The notes below the pieces were generated by a model that saw only the letters and a list, made by a program, of their open reading frames with translations, searched no databases and was not told where the DNA came from. Below, one piece after another: positions 23,334-31,592 of a DNA stretch of 50,654 nucleotides. This DNA is from an uncultured PS1 clade bacterium. Its GTDB lineage: Bacteria; Pseudomonadota; Alphaproteobacteria; MED-G09. How positions within the stretch are numbered: the stretch's first letter is position 1; each line of letters starts with the position of its first letter. The DNA is taken from positions 1 to 50,654 of the forward strand of contig CACANC010000006.1 in the NCBI GenBank assembly GCA_902533755.1, read 5' to 3'. Made by a program: the position numbers and the translations under genes.

Positions 23334-24181
23334 GAAACACCAGTCAACTCTTTACTTAAATCCCATAATCTATCTGCATCTACTTTACTTTGTGCCCATT
23401 TAGTTGTTTTTGCCATCTTACAGTTATAAAAATATTCCCCTGATGTATTTGAAACTTCTGGAGAAGAGCACAAATATATTGATGTCTCTGCACCTCTCTC
23501 AGAACTCCGCATAAAGGGTTTAGCAAGAAAAAATAAGTATTTCTGAAGGCTTCCATTGTTTTGCCCAAAAGAGGTGCTTACAACACCAGGATGCAAGCAA
23601 TTAACTGTAATTTTTTCATTTTCAAGGATAGTGGATAGTTTTTTTGTAAATAGTATATTAGCTAATTTAGAATAACCATAAACCTGAAAAGGTTTATAAA
23701 CATCCTCAGATTGAACATCTTCAAAATTAAAACCTTTTACAAAAGCATGGGCTCCTGATGAAACATTAACAATTCTACTATCGTTTCCTTCTTTAAGTTT
23801 ATCAATCAAGAGAGCCGTTAATAAGAAATAAGCTAAATGGTTTATCGCAAAAACTTCCTCATAACCATCAATTGTTTTCTTTCTTTCTTTATTAATTAAT
23901 CCGGCATTATTTAATAAAACATGAAGAGGTAAATTATGTGAATTGAATGTTTCTGCTGCTTTACGAATATCGGATTGCGATGATAAATCAGCAATAATCG
24001 GAATTGCTTCTTTTTCAGTTATTTTATGAATATCGTTAACAAGTATTTGCGCCTTATCTTTATCTCTAGCAACAAAAAATATATTTGCCCCAAGTGAAGA
24101 AAGCTTAATCGCTGCTGCTTTCCCTATACCGCTGGTTGCTCCAGTAATCAAAACATTTTTATTTTCAATGTTAAAAGGCAT
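23318..24181 (-). CDS. SDR oxidoreductase (retinol dehydrogenase-like)
   Basis: TGATSGIG, NNAG, YGYSKLANILF, LHPGVV. Confidence 0.92.
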   Translation of the reverse strand: MPFNIENKNVLITGATSGIGKAAAIKLSSLGANIFFVARDKDKAQILVNDIHKITEKEAIPIIADLSSQSDIRKAAETFNSHNLPLHVLLNNAGLINKERKKTIDGYEEVFAINHLAYFLLTALLIDKLKEGNDSRIVNVSSGAHAFVKGFNFEDVQSEDVYKPFQVYGYSKLANILFTKKLSTILENEKITVNCLHPGVVSTSFGQNNGSLQKYLFFLAKPFMRSSERGAETSIYLCSSPEVSNTSGEYFYNCKMAKTTKWAQSKVDADRLWDLSKELTGVSWDIN

Positions 24182-24290
24182 CTAATAAACTCATAATAAC
24201 AATTATTTTAGCTTTGTGACATAGATATTGCAGTTTTATTCTATCAATATTACATTAAGTCTGTTAACAAAAATAAAAATGCCCTAAATA

Positions 24291-25145
24291 ATGAACATCA
24301 ATTTTAAAAAATTTCGAATTTCACCTACTATACACGGATCAATGATTTGGCCAGTTAATGACTCAGTTATTGGAAAGTGTTTATCTCACTATGGAGAATG
24401 GGCTGAAGGAGAAAATATTGTTATGTCTGAATTTGTAAATAAAGGAGATACGGTAATTGATATTGGCGCTAATATAGGAACTACAGTATTACCAATGTCA
24501 AATAATGTTGGAGATTATGGTAAAGTTATAGCATTTGAACCTCAATCCATAATGTCTCAATGCTTAAATGCTAATTTGACAATCAACGATATCACAAATG
24601 TTGAAGTACATAATTTAGCAATTTCAAATAAAAATGGTTGGGCAAAATTAAATGATCAAAAATTTTGGAAAAACGGTAGATATGGATCAGCAGGAATTTC
24701 AAACGAAGGCACAAGAGTTAAAACAATAACTTTAAATGATGTTGAGGTAGATAAGTGTGGTTTAATTAAAATTGACATTGAAGGTCATGAATGGCAGGCA
24801 ATACAAGGTGGGAAAGATTTTTTTTTAAAACACAAACCTACTTTGTACATGGAAGCAAAAAAAGAAATCAAAAACACTAAGAAATGTTTGAAATGGTTGT
24901 TTGAAAATGACTGGATATGTTACTGGCACTTTTCTTGGTGGGTAAATGAAAAAAAAGTTGCTGAAAAAGATAATATATTCTTTGGAGACGGAGATATGAA
25001 TATATTAGCTATTCATAAAAATAAAGCTCAGCCCAAAAACCTTCTTAAGATTAATAATTTTGATGACGAATGGACTAGAGAAAAATATTTAGGATTTTAT
25101 GAAAAAAACAATTTAGAGTATTTTTTCGACAGTATTACTTTTTAA
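24291..25145 (+). CDS. FkbM family SAM-dependent methyltransferase
   Basis: IDIGANIG, AFEPQ, IKIDIEGHE. Confidence 0.9.
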   Translation: MNINFKKFRISPTIHGSMIWPVNDSVIGKCLSHYGEWAEGENIVMSEFVNKGDTVIDIGANIGTTVLPMSNNVGDYGKVIAFEPQSIMSQCLNANLTINDITNVEVHNLAISNKNGWAKLNDQKFWKNGRYGSAGISNEGTRVKTITLNDVEVDKCGLIKIDIEGHEWQAIQGGKDFFLKHKPTLYMEAKKEIKNTKKCLKWLFENDWICYWHFSWWVNEKKVAEKDNIFFGDGDMNILAIHKNKAQPKNLLKINNFDDEWTREKYLGFYEKNNLEYFFDSITF

Positions 25146-25821
25146 TAAAATCATTATATTGAAAATAATTGATACCTTTTTTATTCTTTTTTGAAATTTC
25201 CACCAAAAACTCTGCTAACTTCTCTGCATTAATACTTCTAAATTTCTTAAAATCGCCCAACATAAAGGGGTCGAGAAATAATGATGCAAAGTCGAATGCA
25301 GAAACATCTATTCTAAAATCATTTTTTTTTCTTTGCCAATCAATTCTTCCCGCTAAGTGACCAGGTTGAAATATATTAATTGTATTAAAAGGAAGTTTTT
25401 TAACCTCATCTTCCAAATCACCTTTTGTTTTAAGATAAAAACTTGAAGAGTTTTTATTTGCACCTACAGCTGATATTAATGATATTGAAGATGCACCCAC
25501 ATCTAAGCTCTTTTTTGCTATATTAAGCGTATATTCATAATCGACTTTATAAAATGACTTTTTTAATTTCTCGGGCATAAATAATAATTCCCAAGCCCTT
25601 AATTCATAACCCAAACATAAAAAAATATGATCTATTTTTGGTAATTCAAATTCTTGAATGGTTTCAAAATCAATAATTAATTCCTCAATATTTTTATGGT
25701 TAAACATATTTGTTCTTCTTGAAAGACAATAAATTTTTGTATCCTCTTTAGACAAAAAATTTAGTACTTTTGATCCAAGAAAACCTGTAGAACCAGCAAT
25801 TAGAAAGGTTTTTTTATTCAT
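25135..25821 (-). CDS. Atypical SDR, TIP30/CC3-like NAD(P)-binding protein
   Basis: AGSTGFLG, FYKVDYEY, ISAVGA, FYLKTKG. Confidence 0.82.
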   Translation of the reverse strand: MNKKTFLIAGSTGFLGSKVLNFLSKEDTKIYCLSRRTNMFNHKNIEELIIDFETIQEFELPKIDHIFLCLGYELRAWELLFMPEKLKKSFYKVDYEYTLNIAKKSLDVGASSISLISAVGANKNSSSFYLKTKGDLEDEVKKLPFNTINIFQPGHLAGRIDWQRKKNDFRIDVSAFDFASLFLDPFMLGDFKKFRSINAEKLAEFLVEISKKNKKGINYFQYNDFIKK

Positions 25822-25855
25822 ATATTTTTTATAGCATTATAAAAAAAAATTTAAA

Positions 25856-26950
25856 TCATAATTTATCAAGAGTTGAAGAAATACTAGTTCCTATCTTTTT
25901 TGCTAAAAGAGGAGGAACTGCATTGCCAATCTGAAGATTTTTCTTTGCTCTAGAGCCGAAAAATTTATAGCGATCCGGAAAACTTTGTAATCTTGCTCCC
26001 TCTCTGGTTGTTAAAGCTCTATCTATTTTAGGATGAATACATCTTGCCGAACTTGGTGTACCAAAGTTTCTAGTAATAGTTGTTGCTGGTTTATTCCACC
26101 ATAATCTTCCATAACTATTTGCGTATCCAGATTTTGGTCTAATTTCATAAGGTAAATCATTTTTCAATCCACCTTCCGGTAAGTAACTCATCATAGTAAC
26201 AAGATTTTCACTGTGTTTTGATGATTTATGATCCATCAAATTATCGGGAGCATTTTTTCTCATAAGTTTTTGATAATTTGTTTTTGGTTTCGATGAATAT
26301 TTTACTGAATTTTCATTGTTTTTTATTTTAGGTAAATCTGAAATTGCATCACTAATTGTTAAAGGTTTTCTTATTGACTTATTTGCATGTGAATATTTAG
26401 GAAAAGAATAATTTAATCCTTTTTTACAACCAATAATAAATATTCTTTCTCTCGATTGAGGAACGCCATAATTAAGAGCATTCACGAGATTTATAGAAAG
26501 GTCGTAACCAATTTTTTCAAATATCTCTTTTAATTGATTAAATATATTTCCTTTTTTGAATGAGAATAAACCTTTTACATTTTCATAAACAAATATCTGG
26601 GGTCTAATTATTTCAATTGCTCTAAAATATTCTAGGAACAAATTAGCTCTTGGATCATCAATATGTCTTTTCCCCGATAGTGAATAAGCCTGACAAGGAG
26701 GTCCTCCAACTACAACATCAATAGTATTTTTCCTAATAATAGAAAAAAAATCTATATCGGATATAGATTTAGATAGTATTTTTGTTTTTGGAAAATTTAA
26801 CGAATATGCTTCGCACATATCCATATCGATATCATTAGCTAAAATTGAGTTGAATCTATTCGTGTCTTTTAGACCAAGAGAAAAGCCTCCTGCCCCACAG
26901 AACAGATCAACTACATTATACTTTTTTAATTTGCTTCTATTGGCGCCCAT
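25856..26950 (-). CDS. C5-cytosine DNA methyltransferase (no cognate endonuclease in window)
   Basis: DLFCGAGG, GGPPCQ, ENV, QSRER, REGARLQSFPD, QIGNAVPP. Confidence 0.95.
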   Translation of the reverse strand: MGANRSKLKKYNVVDLFCGAGGFSLGLKDTNRFNSILANDIDMDMCEAYSLNFPKTKILSKSISDIDFFSIIRKNTIDVVVGGPPCQAYSLSGKRHIDDPRANLFLEYFRAIEIIRPQIFVYENVKGLFSFKKGNIFNQLKEIFEKIGYDLSINLVNALNYGVPQSRERIFIIGCKKGLNYSFPKYSHANKSIRKPLTISDAISDLPKIKNNENSVKYSSKPKTNYQKLMRKNAPDNLMDHKSSKHSENLVTMMSYLPEGGLKNDLPYEIRPKSGYANSYGRLWWNKPATTITRNFGTPSSARCIHPKIDRALTTREGARLQSFPDRYKFFGSRAKKNLQIGNAVPPLLAKKIGTSISSTLDKL

Positions 26951-28005
26951 GCAAGTAAGGTTTTATCATTTGAATTAGAATTTGGAACCAACTTGATACC
27001 GCCTTCTTCAGCCATTGTTTTATAATCCATCCAGGAAACAACAGCCTCAACAGGCGTTCCAGGTCCAGAATCAAAAACTAAAGGACCATATATATTAGCA
27101 GTATAGATTAAATCTTCATCTGTAACTCTTTGTGTTTCCTCATGTCTCGCACCTGCAGGTTCATAGAACCACATACCTGGGCCATATCCTTCAGGAGGGC
27201 CTGCTCTAACGCCTAAAGCTCCGCTCAATACCAAAAAGTCACTAGCGCCAATATGCGAATGCGGAAGAGCAACTCCATTATGTCTAACAATCATAGAAAC
27301 GAATCCAGTTTCTTCACTGACACGCAAAAGCTTTAAACCAACATCAGGCATTGTTGGCATTGTAAACCATGGTACTTCTCTAGTATCAACAAAATGTGGA
27401 TGAGAAATTTCAGATGATAATACTGATCCCACATCAGAATCTACTAATGTCGCAGCATTAGAAGAAGCGATAGCCAAAGGTTCTCCAGGACCATCATATG
27501 ATTGAGGACCTCTTTCCCAGCATTCAGTTGATGAATTAGGGACAAGAGAAATATTTTTTTCAGTTGCAAGCTTCTGTACATCAGTTCCTGTTAAAAGAGA
27601 TTGAAGTGAGCCATCATCTTTCAATAATGCTAATGCGCTATAAAAATTAGCTAGAACTTCAGTTTCTTCAATGGCAGTTATTGAATTAACTCTGGAATTT
27701 GCTGCTATAAAACCCCAAGTTCCTGGAGCTAAAACACTTTCTTTATCCTCTTGAGCATAACTCAGTTGACCCGATAAAACTAACATATCCATTCCGCCAA
27801 GATATACAGAGCTAGGAAACGAACATCCTTTCTCTAATTTATATATCAGAGAAAACATTCCACTTTCTGGACTTACTCTTATTGGCTTAATAAATAATCC
27901 TTTTACATCTTTAACTGATATCCAAGGCATGGCATTAGTATCAATTGATCCTTCAGCGCCAAGAGGATTGTATTCAGGATTAAAACTTTCTTCTTGTTGA
28001 CTCAT
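26926..28005 (-). CDS. Tandem ChrR-like cupin protein (DAD/Dke1-like dioxygenase fold)
   Basis: Two internal repeats (IDTNAMPW..RVSPESG / VDTREVPW..RVSEETG); second repeat has PHSH and EPAGARHE. Confidence 0.7.
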   Translation of the reverse strand: MSQQEESFNPEYNPLGAEGSIDTNAMPWISVKDVKGLFIKPIRVSPESGMFSLIYKLEKGCSFPSSVYLGGMDMLVLSGQLSYAQEDKESVLAPGTWGFIAANSRVNSITAIEETEVLANFYSALALLKDDGSLQSLLTGTDVQKLATEKNISLVPNSSTECWERGPQSYDGPGEPLAIASSNAATLVDSDVGSVLSSEISHPHFVDTREVPWFTMPTMPDVGLKLLRVSEETGFVSMIVRHNGVALPHSHIGASDFLVLSGALGVRAGPPEGYGPGMWFYEPAGARHEETQRVTDEDLIYTANIYGPLVFDSGPGTPVEAVVSWMDYKTMAEEGGIKLVPNSNSNDKTLLAWAPIEAN

Positions 28006-28029
28006 AATATTTCCCCCAATTTCAAATAA

Positions 28030-28058
28030 ATTATAAATATAAATCTTTAAAGTGTCAA
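28030..28058 (-). promoter_or_regulatory. Perfect consensus sigma70 promoter
   Basis: TTGACA (28058-28053), 17 nt, TATAAT (28035-28030), followed by a GGGGGA RBS before ATG 28005. Confidence 0.85.
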
Positions 28059-28083
28059 AAATGTTAAATAAATGAATTATTTC

Positions 28084-28518
28084 TTATGAATAATCTTTAA
28101 GCATCTTTTTTAATTCAATTGTATGCTGTTCTTCTTGACCAATCATTGTTCTTGCATATTCCTCAAGATATACTGATGCATTTTCGACACAATCCAATAG
28201 TTCCTTATATAAGTTTAAAGCATGAATTTCATGCTCGAGACTTTCTTCAAGAATATCCTCTATAGAGTGTCTATTGCTTTCTTCAATTTTAGCAATTTTC
28301 TGACTTGGATGGCCATCTAAGCCCGTCAAAAACTCTCCTGCTTGTTGTGCATGATCTAGGGACTCTGTAGCCTGGCTCTGTAAAAATTCAACTATTGGTA
28401 TTCTATTTGGCCCAGAAACCATTAAAGATGAATGTGTATATCTAACAACACCGGCTAATTCATATTCCATAATCTGATTTAAAATTTCACAGACTTTAGC
28501 TTGATTTAATTCTTCCAT
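28084..28518 (-). CDS. Ferritin-like/bacterioferritin family protein
   Basis: ELAGVVRY, ESLDHA, LEHE, EEQH diiron ligands; start at ATG 28518 behind GGAG. Confidence 0.85.
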   Translation of the reverse strand: MEELNQAKVCEILNQIMEYELAGVVRYTHSSLMVSGPNRIPIVEFLQSQATESLDHAQQAGEFLTGLDGHPSQKIAKIEESNRHSIEDILEESLEHEIHALNLYKELLDCVENASVYLEEYARTMIGQEEQHTIELKKMLKDYS

Positions 28519-28576
28519 AATAAACTCCAATTCAATTTAGAGCGCTTATAACATAGTAATTTTTACTTGTCTGATA

Positions 28577-28593
28577 TTGCAATTTAATTGCAA
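28577..28593. promoter_or_regulatory. 8-1-8 palindrome upstream of the ferritin-like gene
   Basis: TTGCAATT-T-AATTGCAA perfect inverted repeat. Confidence 0.45.
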
Positions 28594-28601
28594 AAACTAA
28601 A

Positions 28602-29276
28602 TTATTTAGAATTGTTTATTCTTTTTGAAAATCCAAAAGATAGTGAGAATACTGTCGCAACTGACATAAATGCTATAAATTTTTGTATTGTAGCAGAAGT
28701 AATCATTGCTTCTTTGTTTGATAAGGGATTTTCTCCAAAATTTAAGTAAATAACATATGCAGTAACAAGAAATAAAAATGAGGCTATAACAGCTATATAT
28801 TTTATACTCAAAGAGCTTCTTAGAAAGACTATTAAATAAATTAACGATGCAGGAATCATTAATCTAAAAGAGTTAAGAGCAAAAAACACATGAAGATCAA
28901 AAAAAACATCGTAAGGCGTAAAACCAACACCAGCAAAAAACATCGACCCGATAAAGAAAAATAAAGAGCCTACAATTGCTAAAATAAAGGTAGGCTTATT
29001 TTCCTTAAATAAAATGGGAACGAACAAAAAAGAAATGCCGATAAAGAAAAAAAGTAACATTGATAAATTAAAAAAAATCGAGGATATAATATTATCTTCA
29101 CCTGAATGAGATTCTAATCCGCCTAAATCACTTAAAAAATTATGAGTAAATGAATATCCCGATTGAGCAGTATCATGAATATTTCCACCTGGATAAAAAT
29201 AAGAGGCAATAATAATTGCAACTACAAAAAAAATTGTAACAAATCTTATTACTTTAACTGTCCAAAAATTTATCAT
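28602..29276 (-). CDS. Membrane protein, DUF998-like
   Basis: YPGG..GYSFTHNFLSDLG, GVGFTP; about 6 TM segments; ATG 29276 avoids overlap with GST. Confidence 0.65.
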   Translation of the reverse strand: MINFWTVKVIRFVTIFFVVAIIIASYFYPGGNIHDTAQSGYSFTHNFLSDLGGLESHSGEDNIISSIFFNLSMLLFFFIGISFLFVPILFKENKPTFILAIVGSLFFFIGSMFFAGVGFTPYDVFFDLHVFFALNSFRLMIPASLIYLIVFLRSSLSIKYIAVIASFLFLVTAYVIYLNFGENPLSNKEAMITSATIQKFIAFMSVATVFSLSFGFSKRINNSK

Positions 29277-29289
29277 CAGAAGATAGCTT

Positions 29290-29901
29290 CTATTGCATTT
29301 CAATAGCTATTTTAAAGGCTGGTCTATTTGTAATATTTTCAACATATTTTTTAAGATTACTCATTTCATCTGGGATACAACCCATTCTATTACTCATAAA
29401 ACATGCATGACCAAGCATAATATCTGCAGCAGAAAAATTACCAATCAAATATTCTTTTCCTGCAAGCGCTTCATCAACAGGAGCCAATGATTTTGTCAGC
29501 AATCTTTGTGCTTGTCCTAATGCAGTTTCATCTCTCCTTTCAGGAGGAAGAAGAATTGTCTGAACAACAATAGTATTAATTGGAGGCATTACCATGCCTT
29601 CGCAATAATGAAACCATTGTAAAAAATCAGGATAATTCGTGTCATCTGAAGAAGGCTTTAATCCTCCATTTTTATGTCTTTCCAGAACATATTCTACTAT
29701 CGCACCAGACTCATAAATTCTAATATCGCCATCATCAAGAACTGGTATTCTTCCTAGAGGATGTCTTTTTCTATGTTCATCTGACTTTAAGTCACTTGGA
29801 TGAAAAGCCATATTATTAACTTCATAAGGAAGAGATAATTCTTCTAACAACCATATAATTCTGCCGGCTCTAGAATTTGGAGCAAAATGAACTTTGAGCA
29901 T
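29290..29901 (-). CDS. Glutathione S-transferase
   Basis: SRAGRIIWLLEEL, HPLGRIPVL, ESGAI, FSAADI. Confidence 0.93.
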   Translation of the reverse strand: MLKVHFAPNSRAGRIIWLLEELSLPYEVNNMAFHPSDLKSDEHRKRHPLGRIPVLDDGDIRIYESGAIVEYVLERHKNGGLKPSSDDTNYPDFLQWFHYCEGMVMPPINTIVVQTILLPPERRDETALGQAQRLLTKSLAPVDEALAGKEYLIGNFSAADIMLGHACFMSNRMGCIPDEMSNLKKYVENITNRPAFKIAIEMQ

Positions 29902-30010
29902 AATTTTAATCCTTTTTTGATAATATTTATTTTATTTAGTAATTTTGTTAATCTGATTGAAAGATTAATGAAAAAAAAGATTTTTACAAATAATTTATAG
30001 GAGATTTAAA

Positions 30011-30421
30011 ATGATTGGACCATTAAATCATGTTGGCGTTGCAGTACCATCAATAGAAAAAGCTATTGAAACATATAAAAACTTATATAACGCAACTGAT
30101 ATTACAGAAATTGGTGAAATGACCGACCAGGGTGTAAGATTTTGCTTTGTTAATCTTCCAAATAGTCAAATCGAGCTGATAGAGCCTCTAGGGGATGGCT
30201 CACCAATTCAAAATTTCCTAGATAAAAATCCCAAAGGGGGACAACATCATATTTGTTTCGAAGTTAAAGATATTCATGAGGCAAAAATTGAAATGGAGGA
30301 AAAAGGAGCTACAGTTTTAAATGAACCAAGAATTGGTGCGCATGGTACCCCTATAATCTTTATTCATCCTAAAGATTCTGATGGCGTATTAATTGAATTA
30401 ATGGAAACTCCAAAAAATTAA
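30011..30421 (+). CDS. mce: Methylmalonyl-CoA epimerase
   Basis: LNHVGVAV, IELIEPL, GGQHHICFEV, FIHPKD..GVLIEL. Confidence 0.9.
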   Translation: MIGPLNHVGVAVPSIEKAIETYKNLYNATDITEIGEMTDQGVRFCFVNLPNSQIELIEPLGDGSPIQNFLDKNPKGGQHHICFEVKDIHEAKIEMEEKGATVLNEPRIGAHGTPIIFIHPKDSDGVLIELMETPKN

Positions 30422-31482
30422 TCCAAAAAAATTTCTACTATTTGCTTAACTGGAACTAATTTAAAGTTTTGATTAATTTTTTTTGCTTGTAAAGAAACCC
30501 CATCCAAATCAAAGGTTGCCATGTTCATATCGTCTTGAGCAATTAATATACCAGATTCATATTCTTCATTAATATAACCAGTATAAATTTCAATTCCATC
30601 TGTTCTTGAGACACCATCAATTTCATTATCTTTACCAATTGAAAATCTTCCTATGAATTTATTCTTATTGCTTAAATTATAAACTGGAAAATCACTTGAT
30701 CCCTGAGATGATGCTATTAATAATTTACCTTCAGGATGATTTAATATGGCTAAGCCTTCAGTATCACCATTTATTTGGCCGCCATTTTCTTTTATACTAT
30801 CTATTATCTTTATTTCATTATCTTTTGGTTCAGCATCAATATAATAAACACCAGAATTTTTATCTTCTTGAGCGAAATATAAAATTCCACTTTCATCATC
30901 AACAACACAACCTTCTGAAGTTGAATCTGTCCTAATTTCCCGAACTAATTGTGTTTTAATAGGAAAGAAATTAAGTACTCTGTACTGATTAATAGTAAGC
31001 GTTATAGCATCGCTAACAAAAATATAAGTAGCTTTAGATTTACTGCTTTTATACATACAAAGACCATAAACACCTTCAAGATTTGTCTTAAATTCATTTT
31101 TATTTAATTTTTCAATTATTCCATCTTCATTAATCAGATAGATTATTATTGAATTATTACTTGCATTTGAACCTGCTAATATAGAAAAGTTTTTCGCACC
31201 AAAACTATAACCACTTCTGCTATCAATATTATTAATTTTTCCAGAAGGAATAAACTGCATCCTTTTTCCACTTAATGAAAATGAATGGAGTCCTGATTTT
31301 TTATCGGTTCCAAAAATAACACTTTTTGAAGGATCTTTCTGATTGTACCAAAAAGCTGGATCATCAGCTGCATCACCAGAAGTAAACACAGGTTCTGTTT
31401 CATCTTTTGGATAAATAATTATTTCTGAGGCTGAAACCTTAGAAAAAAATAAAATCAATAGAAATAATACACTTCTTACCAT
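30418..31482 (-). CDS. Beta-propeller phytase, exported
   Basis: Signal peptide; DAADDPAFW, GTDKKSGL, YGLCMY, EGCVVDD, SSQG, TDGIE. Confidence 0.9.
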   Translation of the reverse strand: MVRSVLFLLILFFSKVSASEIIIYPKDETEPVFTSGDAADDPAFWYNQKDPSKSVIFGTDKKSGLHSFSLSGKRMQFIPSGKINNIDSRSGYSFGAKNFSILAGSNASNNSIIIYLINEDGIIEKLNKNEFKTNLEGVYGLCMYKSSKSKATYIFVSDAITLTINQYRVLNFFPIKTQLVREIRTDSTSEGCVVDDESGILYFAQEDKNSGVYYIDAEPKDNEIKIIDSIKENGGQINGDTEGLAILNHPEGKLLIASSQGSSDFPVYNLSNKNKFIGRFSIGKDNEIDGVSRTDGIEIYTGYINEEYESGILIAQDDMNMATFDLDGVSLQAKKINQNFKLVPVKQIVEIFLD

Positions 31483-31540
31483 CTACAATGATTTATCATC
31501 AATTAAATGATTAATCTATAATAGATAAATGAAATTTAAT

Positions 31541-31572
31541 AAAAAAAAGAGGCAGCTTTCACTGCCTCTTTT
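31541..31572 (-). terminator. Rho-independent terminator after the TonB-dependent receptor
   Basis: AAAAGAGGCAG-ctttca-CTGCCTCTTTT hairpin; U8 tail on the minus strand. Confidence 0.9.
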
Positions 31573-31592
31573 AAATAAAGATTCTTATTAAA

